Made by a program: the position numbers and the translations under genes
Shown: positions 1 through 11,200 of the stretch, piece by piece
Position numbering within the stretch: position 1 is the stretch's first letter
Layout of the letters: each line of letters starts with the position of its first letter
Source of the DNA: Atractiella rhizophila
Taxonomy: Eukaryota
Direction of reading: 5' to 3'
Assembly: GCA_021432655.1 (NCBI GenBank)
Contig: MU271341.1
Span: forward strand, 1 to 64,000
DNA length: 64,000 nucleotides
The notes under the pieces: model-generated
Databases searched by the model: none
What the model was told of the DNA's origin: nothing
The model's input: the letters and a program-made list of their open reading frames with translations, nothing else

Positions 1-2186
1 CGTATCGATCACGTGGCTAAATGTCAAAAGGGTTCAAATGGCCCATTTTCCAACTTCATCCAATTTCCCTTGCCGGAGGGAGGAAATGGAGCTGGAGCTG
101 TAGCCCCTGGTAAGTCTAAGTTGAAATTACTAGGCGGTGTGTTGAGCGTTAATGTGAGTGTCTAGGTTCTGCGGGTAAAAATCAGCATGCTGGTGCTCTT
201 GATCAAGGGCTGCAAGCTGCTAACGCGCTTACACTTCTCTTCACCTTCCTCGCTTATACTATACCTATCTATGAAAGTATTTTCTCTTTGCAGTGGCATT
301 CGCTTACCAGCTCAACAGGGAGGTATTGTTGCAGATACCAAATGGGGAAGGTAGGCCGTCACATCGCCGAGCTTCTCCACTAACAAGATCTCAGGTTCAA
401 GACTATCTGCGTTGGCACAGCGGTTGGTGCTATTGCACACGTTCTCTTGGTCATTCCTGCGATTCCGAGTGTTATTGCGAGCGGAAATGCTTTGGCTCCA
501 TTTATTATCGCCCTTCTGATCCTCGCCTTCGCTGCAGGTTTAACCTTCTTTTCGTTCATCAATCGACACAATAACTCACGAAGGAATTGACAGGATTCGT
601 CAAGCCTTCATTGGGACCTCTTCTCTGTGATCAATGTCCCATTGACAAACAACAAATCAAGACCCTCAGTACCGGAGAGAGAGTTATACTCGACCCTGAA
701 ATGACCATACAAAAGTACCTCACCAACTTCTACTGGTTAGTCTTTATTTTGCCTTTGGTGTTTAGAGTAATAATCTGTAACAACAGGGCTATCAACATCG
801 GGGCATTTTTCTCTGTAGCAACGTCCTATTCTGAACGTTATGTCGGTTTCTGGCTGGCCTACTTGCTTCCAGGAATCGTATATATGATCATGCCTGTAGC
901 TCTCTGGTGGTGCCACAGTAGGCTGAGGAAGTTTCCTCCTCAAGGATCCATGTTTTTGGAAGGTAGCAAAGTTATTGCTGCTTGTTACAAGAACGGAGGA
1001 TGGAAGCGAGCGTTCAAAGGAGGCGACGCTTTTTGGGTACTCTTTCTTTCATCAGTCACCCCAATTGCTCATTGTCTGCGTTCAAGGACCAAGCAAAACC
1101 GTCTATTCAGGCTGCGGATGGAGTTTCTGCAAAATCCAGCTGGGATGATCTCTTCGTGGACGAAGTGCGTAGATCTGTTAAAGCGTGTTATATTTTCTTC
1201 TTGATCCCGTGCGTGCATTTTATCTTTGAATGTATGGACAAACTGACCATAAAACAGTATCTTCAACGTGTACGTTTTTACCGCGATAAACTTCTGTCTA
1301 TTCAACTACTATTGGCAGCGCGGATGGAGGTTTCGGTAGTGTGCAAAATTCTCAGGCGGCTTCGTTGACTGCCAACGGTGTTCCCAACGACGTTATATCC
1401 AACTTTAACCCTCTCACCATTATAGTAAGTCGATCCATAGTGCCCAACAGAGTAAAGCACACGATTCATGCTGCATGCCTAGGTTGCCGCCCCACTTCTC
1501 AACTACGTTATTTACCCTTTTCTTCGGAAGCACGGCCTTATGCCAGGAGCGATTCCCAGAATCGCTTTTGGATTCTTCCTTGCTTCTCTCACCATGGTAT
1601 GCCTGATTGACTCACCCATCACGCTGCTTCACTCATTCCGCACACTTCAGGTCGCTGGTGCCATCCTCCAATGGCAGGTTTACGAACAATCTCCTTGCGG
1701 ATACCACAGCACGGATTGCGATGAAGTGGCCCCCATCTCCCTTTGGGCACAGATCCCGTTATATTCCATTCCGGCCATTGCTGAACTGTTCGTCAATGTG
1801 AGACACAGTCCCTTACACGGCTTGAAATGCTGACGATTACAATCTAGGTAACATCGTACGAGATTGCCTATACTCGCGCACCAGCGAAGATGAAGGGACT
1901 TGTCTACGGAATCTGCCTCTTTTCTTCTGCATTGTCCTCAGCGTTCCTTCAGATCGTCAATCCCTTCATGAAGGATCCTGATCTCATTTGGCCATTCGTT
2001 GCGGCTGCCGTCGCCAATTTCCTGGTCGCCATTGCTCTTCCTTTCATCTTCTCGGATACCAGGAAGGAGCTCGTCAACCTCGACCTCAGCCACAGCCGAA
2101 TGGACAAAGTCGAGACCGAGTCTGTAGAGGAGAAAGTGCTCACTGATCGAGCTTCCTTGTATGAGGAGAAGCACGAGAAGAACTAG
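1..2186 (+). CDS. PTR2: POT/PTR2-family proton-dependent oligopeptide transporter, multi-exon, 5' end outside window
   Basis: Spliced pieces give GFVKPSLGPLLCDQ, AINIGAFFSVATSYSERYVGFWLAYLLPG, NGVPNDVISNFNPLTII, SYEIAYTRAPAKMKGLVYG, all typical POT motifs; stop TAG ends 2186. Confidence 0.9.
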
Positions 2187-2525
2187 GTGGAAGGACAGAA
2201 AGGCTGAGAATGCATTTTCATGATCGCGACGTCCATGTTTCTATTCGTGATCAGTAATGAGGGCTTAAATATACGGTGATGTGGTGTTGTGCTTCACTTG
2301 GCTTCAGAACATAGTTATGGGTTGTTCTTATCTAGAAATCGCAAGCATTAACTTTCAATTATCAACTTCGAGTCTACGATCCTCGCTCTGCATCCTAATG
2401 CCTCCTCTGGAGACGCCACTTACGAAACATATTTCAGAAATAAACAAATCATTACAGAAAGTATTCTAAGCCTGCACACGCAAGATCAATCCATTAGAAC
2501 CGAGTCTGAGAGCAAAAGCATACAA

Positions 2526-3536
2526 TCAAAATAGTTCATGTGTTCTAGCTGGCACAGCTTTGCCATTGAGGATGAAGACCTTCAAAGCAGGAGGTAAAGC
2601 GCCTTGACGATAAGGGTTCCATCCGTCAGCGGCACGATTGATCTCTAATCTCTTCAAGTTCTTGATCTCTCCCAAACGAAGTCGGTAAAAGAAAGGATCG
2701 GGATGATATCTATGACTGTCTATGGTTAGGAGTTCGAGATGGTCCCATCCTCCCTCGTTGAAAAGGCCGATGAGCATCTTTCCGGCATGAGGAAACTCAA
2801 TGTTTTCTAGGAAAAGCTTCTCGAGACTCTCTTTGTAAGCGACCACGAATTCTTGTAAAGCATGAGCGACGTATGGCGCGACGTCGTGGGTCCATTCGAA
2901 GGAGACACGAACTACCTTGAGCTTCTGGGAGGATGAGGGAACACGAAGTTCGTCTCCCGAACCGAAAAGCATTTGCTCCAGTGCGGGCTGCACTATTCGA
3001 GTCTTCTCGGCGACGAGGCAGCGGACGCCGGGTAGGAAAGAAAGAGCGTAATTGATGAAGGCTGGAGACCACTGACGGGTGGTGAGCGTCGTGAGCAAGC
3101 TGAAGGAATGTCCCCCGCCGACCGCTCTGGCAAGGAGACCACATAGGGCTACGGGCTGGCCGTGGAGGGAGAGGGAGGAGAGGCTGGGGAAGGAGGTGAG
3201 AATGGAATGAACTGGATCAGAAACTGGAGATGATGGCGCCGACAAGTCCAGTGCTCCCCAGACGCCGGTGAAGGAGATTACGAGATGTTTGACGTAGTCC
3301 TGGTTCGCTTCCCAAAACTCACTGTGCTTGCCTAGCAAACGTCTCGCATGACCCTTGGATCGCAGGATGAGTGTTCGCCCCAGCGCAATACCTGAGACAA
3401 AGTTCCATTCCCTAGACACTCGGAAGCAGGCGTAAAGATCATCGTGGGAAACATAGGAGAAGATGAGAAGGAGGACATCCGGTATCAGTGGGCGAGGAGA
3501 GGTGCGAGTGGACTCCATATCGATAGACAACTGCAT
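2526..3536 (-). CDS. F-box-like protein, single exon, with Leu-rich C-terminal region
   Basis: PLIPDVLLLIFSYVSHDDLYACFRVSREWN is an F-box-like motif near the N-terminus; first ATG at 3536. Confidence 0.65.
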   Translation of the reverse strand: MQLSIDMESTRTSPRPLIPDVLLLIFSYVSHDDLYACFRVSREWNFVSGIALGRTLILRSKGHARRLLGKHSEFWEANQDYVKHLVISFTGVWGALDLSAPSSPVSDPVHSILTSFPSLSSLSLHGQPVALCGLLARAVGGGHSFSLLTTLTTRQWSPAFINYALSFLPGVRCLVAEKTRIVQPALEQMLFGSGDELRVPSSSQKLKVVRVSFEWTHDVAPYVAHALQEFVVAYKESLEKLFLENIEFPHAGKMLIGLFNEGGWDHLELLTIDSHRYHPDPFFYRLRLGEIKNLKRLEINRAADGWNPYRQGALPPALKVFILNGKAVPARTHELF

Positions 3537-3900
3537 ATTTCCTAGCCGTAAGTGAGGGTTTAGATTAAACAGGAGTGAAATGACAGGAAGATGAGGTATA
3601 TAGGAAGGGGAAAACAACTGAAGGTAGAGGCACAGATGGAAAACAGAAGTGTGGCAAGTAACGCATCTGGGCTCGCACCTTTCTTATCACAGTAGCCCAT
3701 TTAAGGACCGCGGAATGCAGATCGCGGAGAGCAGATCTCGGAGGAGAGTGAGATCCAGGGGCGGATCCTGATGGTGATGAGGTGGAAGGTAGATACAGAA
3801 ACAGGGGCCGGAGTGTAATCTGAGATTACGGAGTGACGGATGAAGTGGGAGAAAATCGAAGCAAGTGTTGGGCAAACTGCAAATCATTATGTACAACGCT

Positions 3901-4953
3901 CTAAGCGATTCTGTCCAAAGGCCTGTGATAAAAGTGAGATAGTGAGATCAGTGCACTCGACAGGGAGGATATGGGAGAGACTCGACCTGTTGAATCCACC
4001 TTTCCTATTCATGTACTGACGCCAAGTACGCTGCTTCTTCACGTTCGCAGTCCCAACCTCATTTCCATCCACCTGCTTGCCCTGTTCATGGATCACCGCG
4101 TCGTCAGAAGGGATACAATTAAACGAGGAGAGAGATGCATACGTGAGTAGTTGTGAAGCCTCCAAATCCCATCATTCGCGCCATTGCCTCTGTATCATCT
4201 GCCATCAAATCCACGTCCATACCATTAGCGTCATCTTCCTGATTCACCTTCCTTGGTGGGGAGGCCATCCTGATGTCAGGTTTCTCCTTGCCCTTCTTTC
4301 CCCTCCCCCTCTCCTCTTCCGGCCTCTCAGGACGGTCAAATTTCGGACCTGTAGGAATGGCTGGTTCGGTTGATTGCACGTCAGGGACCTTTGGTGCCGG
4401 TGGAGCGGCCGATTTCAATCCTGCGTGAGAAGGTGGAGGAGACGTGTCGATTGGAGGAGGCGGAGGTCGTTTGGAATCATCTATGGTTCATAGCACAGGG
4501 AGTCAATCAGCACCTTCGTCGCTGATTCTGAGCTCCAAAACATGTATGAAATCGAGCTCTTTCACCCAAATACGAGAAGAACGTACTGTCTCTCGCCCTA
4601 TCCCTTTCTCTGTCTTTCTTGGACCCACGAGGAGAAGGACTGCGTCGACGCGGTGGCGAGCGACTTCTTCTCCTTTCCCTGTCCTTAGTGCTCCTCCCAT
4701 CCCTCCCATCATCCTTCCCATCTCTCCTACGCGGACTAGGGCTCCTCCTAGAGCTACGGCGAGGCGGGCTTGGACTTCGACGCGACCTTGGAGGGGGCGA
4801 CCTGCTCCTGCTCCGTTTTCGCGAGTCGCGTCTGTGATCCCTATCCCTGCCTCTATCTCTTGACCTAGACCGTTCTCTGTCCCTTCTACCGCTGTCCCTA
4901 TCCCTGTCTGAGTCTCTGGCAGTCCTTCCTGACCTCGTAACTCGAGATGACAT
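3901..4953 (-). CDS. SNRNP27: U4/U6.U5 tri-snRNP 27 kDa protein (RS-rich N-terminus, DUF1777-type C-terminus), multi-exon
   Basis: RS/RD-rich exon, then MARMMGFGGFTTT and KKQRTWRQYMNRKGGFNR|PLDRIA*. Confidence 0.9.
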
Positions 4954-5081
4954 CGTTGCTCCAAACAACACGAAAATCGCATGTTTCCTCATAAGGAAGG
5001 TGAAGTTGGAATTGCCGACGACCTCTCCTTCAAAAAGTTCACTCTAATTCGCGCATTTCATCTTACTTTCTAAAGACAGAA
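4954..5081. promoter_or_regulatory. Probable compact bidirectional promoter between SNRNP27 and CBP20
   Basis: Divergent start codons at 4953 (-) and 5082 (+), only 128 bp apart. Confidence 0.55.
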
Positions 5082-5843
5082 ATGGCCAATGTAGTGCAGC
5101 CATTAGATTCTTTTTCAGCTTACCGTGATTCTCGCTCAGCAGTCCCATGGAGCGAGCAGCAAGAAGCACTCCGTCGTTCTTCCACGGTTTATGTTGGCAA
5201 CTTGTCCTTTTACACGACGGAAGAGCAAATTTACGAGCTTTTTGCAAAGACTGGAAACATAAAGAGAATCATCATGGGTCTGGATAGGAACAATAAAACA
5301 CCTTGTGGCTTTTGCTTCGTCGAGTACGTTCTGTCCTGGACCAAAGTGGCGAAGAACCATCCTAATTATGTTTACCGTCAGGTATTACACTCATGAGGAC
5401 GCTCTTGAGTCACTACGATATATCTCGGGGACGAAGCTCGACGAGAGGTTCATACGAGCCGACCTCGACCCAGGTTACAAAGACGGTCGTCAATACGGTC
5501 GCGGGAAGAGTGGAGGGCAGGTTCGTGTCTCTTGGATGACTCTAAAACCATCAATCAAACTGGACAATCAGGTTCGAGATGAATATCGAGAAGATTACGA
5601 CGAAGGCCGTGGTGGTTGGGGACATCTGAAGGCGCAGCGAGAAGCGGAGAAGGAGCGTCAGCGCGTCCAGGACGAACTTTATCAAGGAGATGTGAATGGC
5701 AATATGGACGTACCTATGGGCGAGAGGGATTATCAGGAAGACGTACGTTCCGCCCCTCTTCCATCTTCTCAAAGTAGTCCTTGAACTAAGGAGTTTGTGG
5801 GTAGAATCCGAGGTTTAGGCAGGAGGAGGAGGAACAGTTGTGA
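5082..5843 (+). CDS. CBC2: Nuclear cap-binding complex small subunit CBP20 (RRM)
   Basis: [72 protein letters not shown]; last exon [12 protein letters not shown]. Confidence 0.95.
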
Positions 5844-6153
5844 CCTTGATGGTCTGTTTTCAGGACAAGACGTATTGATTGTATTTAGCTCGTATACGAC
5901 AACACGGAAGCAGTAATTCGTTCATAGTCAATGCTCACACCCAAATTCAGTACGTAGTCAAGATGCAGATATTCAGAAACGCAAATGCAGGCGAATTGGA
6001 ACCTTTTACCACAAGATTGAACCTTCGGGTTGTCCGTAACTGATATCATCTAGTCAAGTCTGCCACTGAAGTTGGCGGCGAACTTCAGGTCGCTCAGGAA
6101 ACTAGGAGAATGGCCCAACCGAACCTGGGAAGGACTTCTCAGAGTCTGCCAAT

Positions 6154-7617
6154 TCAAGACATTGTCAACGACGCGTCCTCGTCGAACACAAAGGCAAAGA
6201 TGGAACTCACAATTCTTGGCGTACTACGATCCCGACACTCGCTCTGCAACACTTGCGCCAATGTCGAGAACTGGGTGGGAATATCCTGTCCTTGGACCTG
6301 GAGGGTACTTGGTGAAGGAGAAGGCTGAACCGGCGATGAATTAGGAGAGACGACATGTCCTTGAACGTATGGGAGGCGCGTGGGTTCGTCTACCTGGAGG
6401 GTACTTGGTGAAGGAGAAGGCTGAACCGGCGATGAATTAGGAGAGACGACATGTCCTTGAACGTATGGGAGGCGCGTGGGTTCGTCTTCGTCGAGCGTAG
6501 GGAAGTAGGTCCTACTCTCCGTTCCTCCAAAGCGGATACTCTTAGGTGAAGAACCGTTCGATCTGAATCCGGTCGGGACGGTGAAGAAGTAGTCGTTCTC
6601 TCCTATCTCTGTTTGATGGTTGCCGTTGTAGAGAATGGAGTTGACTGGACGAGTCTGGCTGTAGGCGCGAGAGGGAGGGGTGGTCGCGATCAAGTATTTG
6701 GGAGACCTCGATCGGGGAGGAGTGGAGAGACCATGGGGATACTGAAGCGTGTACGTTGGAGTTGAAGGCGTGGGAACTACCGCAAACGATTTCACTTCCT
6801 CCATATTTTCCGTCCTTCCCATTTCCCTTCCCTTCCTTCCCGTACCCCTCCCCTTTCCACTCCTCTCTCTACCTTCAACCCAAAAAGACGACACGCTCCG
6901 ATACAACTTGCTGAAACCAGTCTTTTCCTCTTCCTCTTCAGAAGGAGTCGGGAGTCCCGCGAAGCTTTGGAAGTCAGGTCCGAATCCCTGCTTCGTAAAC
7001 CTTTTCACTCCCCCTCTCCCACCCCAAGAACCTTTCTTCAGCTTCCTCAAGAGCAGCGAAACAAACAAGACGCCAAAGAGTGCGCCAATGACGCCACAAG
7101 CCACGAGGACCTGTTGTCTTGTTGCAGAATCCATCCCGGTGCCTTTTCGAGGGGCAGCAGTGGGAAAGACCCCGCCATCAGACGAGACCGTGGCCGTGGA
7201 CGACACAGGGAGATGGACGGTCACAACCGTGTGAGATGCAGGCTGAGAGGCAATTGCGCCAGCAACAAGGACAGTCGAGCTCGAAAGAGTGGAAGTCTCA
7301 GCTCTTCTACTCTTCGTCGTTTCCTCCTCGGCGGCGGAAGAGCTGCTGCTATGTTGAGGCGTGTCGCTGGGAGTCGAAGTCTCCACCTGGATGAAGGTCG
7401 GTGGAGAGAGGGAGAGGCTAGTCCTTTCGATGGAGGAGCGGGAAGTCGCGCTCGAGACAACCACAATCGTCGTGCTTTCTCCTGCCGCTTCCCGTGGTTG
7501 AGAGGGGATGCTTGATGCCGTTTGTCTCTTTTCGAATCCTACAACGCTAGGGCTGTCGGGCAGGATGCGAATGGGGCGAAAGCGGTGAGCTTGGTGAGGG
7601 GATGAGATTTGTCGCAT
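6154..7617 (-). CDS. Ser/Thr-rich single-pass membrane protein (cell-surface sensor-like architecture); true start may lie upstream
   Basis: 487-aa ORF: S/T-rich segment, hydrophobic VLVACGVIGALFGVLFVSLLL followed by RKLKK, then a low-complexity tail. Confidence 0.55.
   Translation of the reverse strand: MRQISSPHQAHRFRPIRILPDSPSVVGFEKRQTASSIPSQPREAAGESTTIVVVSSATSRSSIERTSLSLSPPTFIQVETSTPSDTPQHSSSSSAAEEETTKSRRAETSTLSSSTVLVAGAIASQPASHTVVTVHLPVSSTATVSSDGGVFPTAAPRKGTGMDSATRQQVLVACGVIGALFGVLFVSLLLRKLKKGSWGGRGGVKRFTKQGFGPDFQSFAGLPTPSEEEEEKTGFSKLYRSVSSFWVEGRERSGKGRGTGRKGREMGRTENMEEVKSFAVVPTPSTPTYTLQYPHGLSTPPRSRSPKYLIATTPPSRAYSQTRPVNSILYNGNHQTEIGENDYFFTVPTGFRSNGSSPKSIRFGGTESRTYFPTLDEDEPTRLPYVQGHVVSPNSSPVQPSPSPSTLQVDEPTRLPYVQGHVVSPNSSPVQPSPSPSTLQVQGQDIPTQFSTLAQVLQSECRDRSTPRIVSSIFAFVFDEDASLTMS
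6296..6487. repeat. Perfect 96-bp tandem duplication (two copies), in frame (32 aa)
   Basis: 6296-6391 is identical to 6392-6487; DEPTRLPYVQGHVVSPNSSPVQPSPSPSTLQV appears twice. Confidence 0.95.
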
Positions 7618-8236
7618 ACTGACTAGAACTGCAAGAGAGAACGAAAGTTGTGCACCTAATATATACTAATTTGACTGAAGATTCAAATAGAAAAGGAAGA
7701 GAGTGCTCGAGATGGTTGTCAAGAGTGATGGAGAGTAGTTACAAAAAAGGAGTCGACGCAAGCAGACCGTGGGAACTCTTCAGAACTCAACTCTTCCCGC
7801 TCTTTCTTGCCTGTGAGAAAGCGCAGAAACTGCCCCAAAATGGTGGACATCCCCCCAAATGCTTATGAATTGCATCAAATGAAGGTCCGCTGAACAGCAT
7901 TACACTGAATCTGTATTAGGATCATTCTGAGCTTTCATACTCACTTCTCGTGCGCAAGATCCAAAGATGACAAAGTAATCAATCTTCCCAACAGCCAATG
8001 AATGAAATGAAAATTGGTATAGACAATATAACTTCGGTTCGACTCGCGATGCGCCTTCCATCAAGCAAGCAGAACTTGGATTCATGAAGAACGCCAAAGC
8101 CCTGAATGGTAAGAAGAGACATTGTGCTTGAGTTCGCGTGACTTAGTTTGTAGTTAGTGCATTCACTTTGCAGCATCGAGTGTCATCAACTGCCACCTTC
8201 CTTTGTTCAACGTCCATTTGCTCTTAATGACAACGT

Positions 8237-11200
8237 ATGGATTTCTCGACCGTTTTCACTTCTTGGGACGCCTCGAACCAGCCAATCGCTGCTGTAGTAT
8301 CTCAGCTAACGCCCTTGCTCAGCGGAGAAGGGGATTCCCTTATTACCGCGTTGCACTCCATCCTCCACTCATTTGCAAAGTCGACTTCATGTCCGGCCGC
8401 CGATCTCGCAAAGGTCTTTGCTGCTCTGCCATATGAATCGGATGAAGAGAAGCTGAGAGGATGGAAGGATACGTTGGTGGACTTGGTTTGGACTTTGGAT
8501 CAGGAGTTCGAGAGTATGGTGGACCAGTACAAGGCGGATAGCGATGGAGGGAGAGAGGAGGAGGTTGTAGCACAGCGGAGGAAGATTTGGCAACTGCTTG
8601 CGGCACTTCTGGTTCGTTTTTATCTCTGACACGGCTGCCAAACGGGATTAAAGCATCCATTTGGTTGGCGTGCGTGTCGACAGACGGACAATATCCTACC
8701 TAACGATCCCACTATCTCCAAATTCGACCCCGATACAGTCAGGGCTAACCTTCCAATGAAAGGCATTGCCGACGCCATGGCCTCCTTGAAGACCAATACG
8801 TCTCGCTTGAACACCGCTATCTAGTCAGTCTCGCCATTTACCCCATTGTGACCAGAACTGACGGATGTACCGATGAAGTTACAAGCAGAGGAAATTCAAC
8901 CTCTTCCGCGAAGAGAGTGAAGGTTACAGTCACCTCATCACCGAAATTCGATCGCATTTTGGCCCACCAGCATACCCTCCTGGTCATTCTGAGGAAGAAA
9001 ACAACCCTCCAGAGAGCGATGAGGATATCACAAAACGAGCAGAAGTGGTGTTGAAAAACGTCAAAGGTTTGCTGGGTGAGCTATTTTTCTACCTTCTATT
9101 GGAGTTGGCAAGGCTTAACCGGTGGCATGGAAAGGCTACTTCGAGCTCGCTCCCGTTCGTATCGTCGATTGCATTATCGATATTTTCTCCAACAACCTCC
9201 TCACGCACCATCGCTTCTTCCACACCCTCATCCGTATCTCTCCATGGATCGAACGGACAGAATACGGCGACATCATTCCTTCAAGCCTCCTCGCTCAAGC
9301 CCTAGGCTTCAAGTTTTCGTCCTACATCGCCAACACATCAGAAGGAGACATTATGAGGCCAGACGAACAAGAAAAGCTGTGGTATCTCTACCTCACTGCT
9401 GCCCTGCTCATTCGATGGGGATTCATCGAGCTTTCCGCCTTGTTCCCGCACCTTCATCCTCCAGAAGAAGGCATGCGTGCTCTCCAAGCTCGCTATCGAG
9501 AACAACTTGCGGACAAGGCCAGGGCAGGCCTCGACAATGCCCTTGCCAACGCTCCTGCGCTCGGTGATGAGCCTGATAACCCGCGAGATTATCGAGGTGA
9601 GTGGCCACCGAGGAGATTGAACGAGCGAGAGGTGTACTTTCAAAAGCTCGAGAAGGAGAAGAAGGAGTTGGCGCGTCGGATGGAGATCGATAATTTGAAG
9701 AAGGAGAAGGAGAAGGAGGAAAAGAAACGAAGGTTGGAGAACGCTTCAAATCAGAAGGTGGGATTGTTGAAGGCTCTCCTCACTTTGGGATGCATCGACG
9801 AGGCTCAATGGTGTTTGGCACAATGGCCAAATATCATCGGAGCCCAGGAAGAGGTCGCAGATCTTTGGTTGAGATTGGTGGCCAAGTCAGTGGACCCTTG
9901 GTACGAAGAGGTCAGCATCGTGAGGAGGAAAAGCGCCTTTTTCGATGGTCTCATGGATTCCGCCCTTTCTCAATCGTCATCTCAAATGGATGTTGATGAA
10001 AAGGAGAAGAAGAAAGAAGAACCCCTTGGCAAAGCTTGGACTGCTGGACCGTTCAAAACTAAGGTCTTGGTGGACGAGTCGACTACGACGGTTGTTGAAG
10101 CGCCGCCATCTCATTCATCATCGAGTTCGAATGAGAAGGAGAAGGAAAAGAAAGTATTCAAAAACGCCGTGTTCTTCTATCAAGATTGGGCCGATAGGGT
10201 GCCAAAGGTAGTCGCCGCCGGATCCAGTAGCAACTTTCTCAAGGTCGCTGGCCCTATGTGTAAAGCTGCAGGGTGCTTTCTGGCGAGAGACTCAAAACTG
10301 TTGGTTAAGATAATCAGAATCGTGACGGACGCCACGAAGGTATGTCTCACGTCGCTTCGCTTCAACAGGTCCAGGCGTTGACGTTGTCACAGCCATCGTC
10401 GAACATTGACGAGTTCGAGAAGAGCGCTTGGTTCGACTTCATTCGATCGAACATCATCCCAGCCATCAGCATGACGAATTCAAACCCTGCGCACTCTGCC
10501 GAACTTTGGAAACTCCTCCAGAATTTTACTCAAGAACAGGTCTGGTCACTTTACGGGGAATGGAAAGCGTCGTACAAGACTCCGGAATTGCGAGCGAGAA
10601 TGGCAGAGGTGAACAACCAAACAAAATCTTTCTTGAAGCGATTTTCGAACGAAACTCTCAAGTCTTTGGGACGCTCTCTAGGCAAAATCGCACATTCTAA
10701 TCCCCTCCCCGTTTTTGCAACTGTTATGAAGCAAGTTCAAGCTTATCCTAACCTTATCGAACCATTAGTTGAAGCGGTGAAGCATTTGTCCAATCTCGAA
10801 TTCGATGCTCTCAGCTTCTCGATGCTTGATGAGCTGAGCGACTCGGGGAGACTTAAGATGAAAGAGGATGGATCGAACGCTTCGTCTTGGCTCACGAGTG
10901 AGCGTGAACTATTAATGTCGTATCTGCAGATTCTAACCTAGCTTAGATTTGGCCGAATTCACTGGGAAGGTATTGCGACGTTACCCATCCTCATTGGATC
11001 CTGCTCGAATTCTCTCTTTCATTGGTTGGCAATTGCAACACGGCAATCTGCAAGACTTGGTCGTACTCAAAGCAATTCTTCTTCGAATGGCGGATGTTGA
11101 CGTCTTCACCGATCTCTCAGATTACCAGCACGCAAGTCTTGGGGGCTTCAAGTTGTTGCGAAGGGAGACGCTTCGACCAACGAACCTTGCGACCGTTAAT

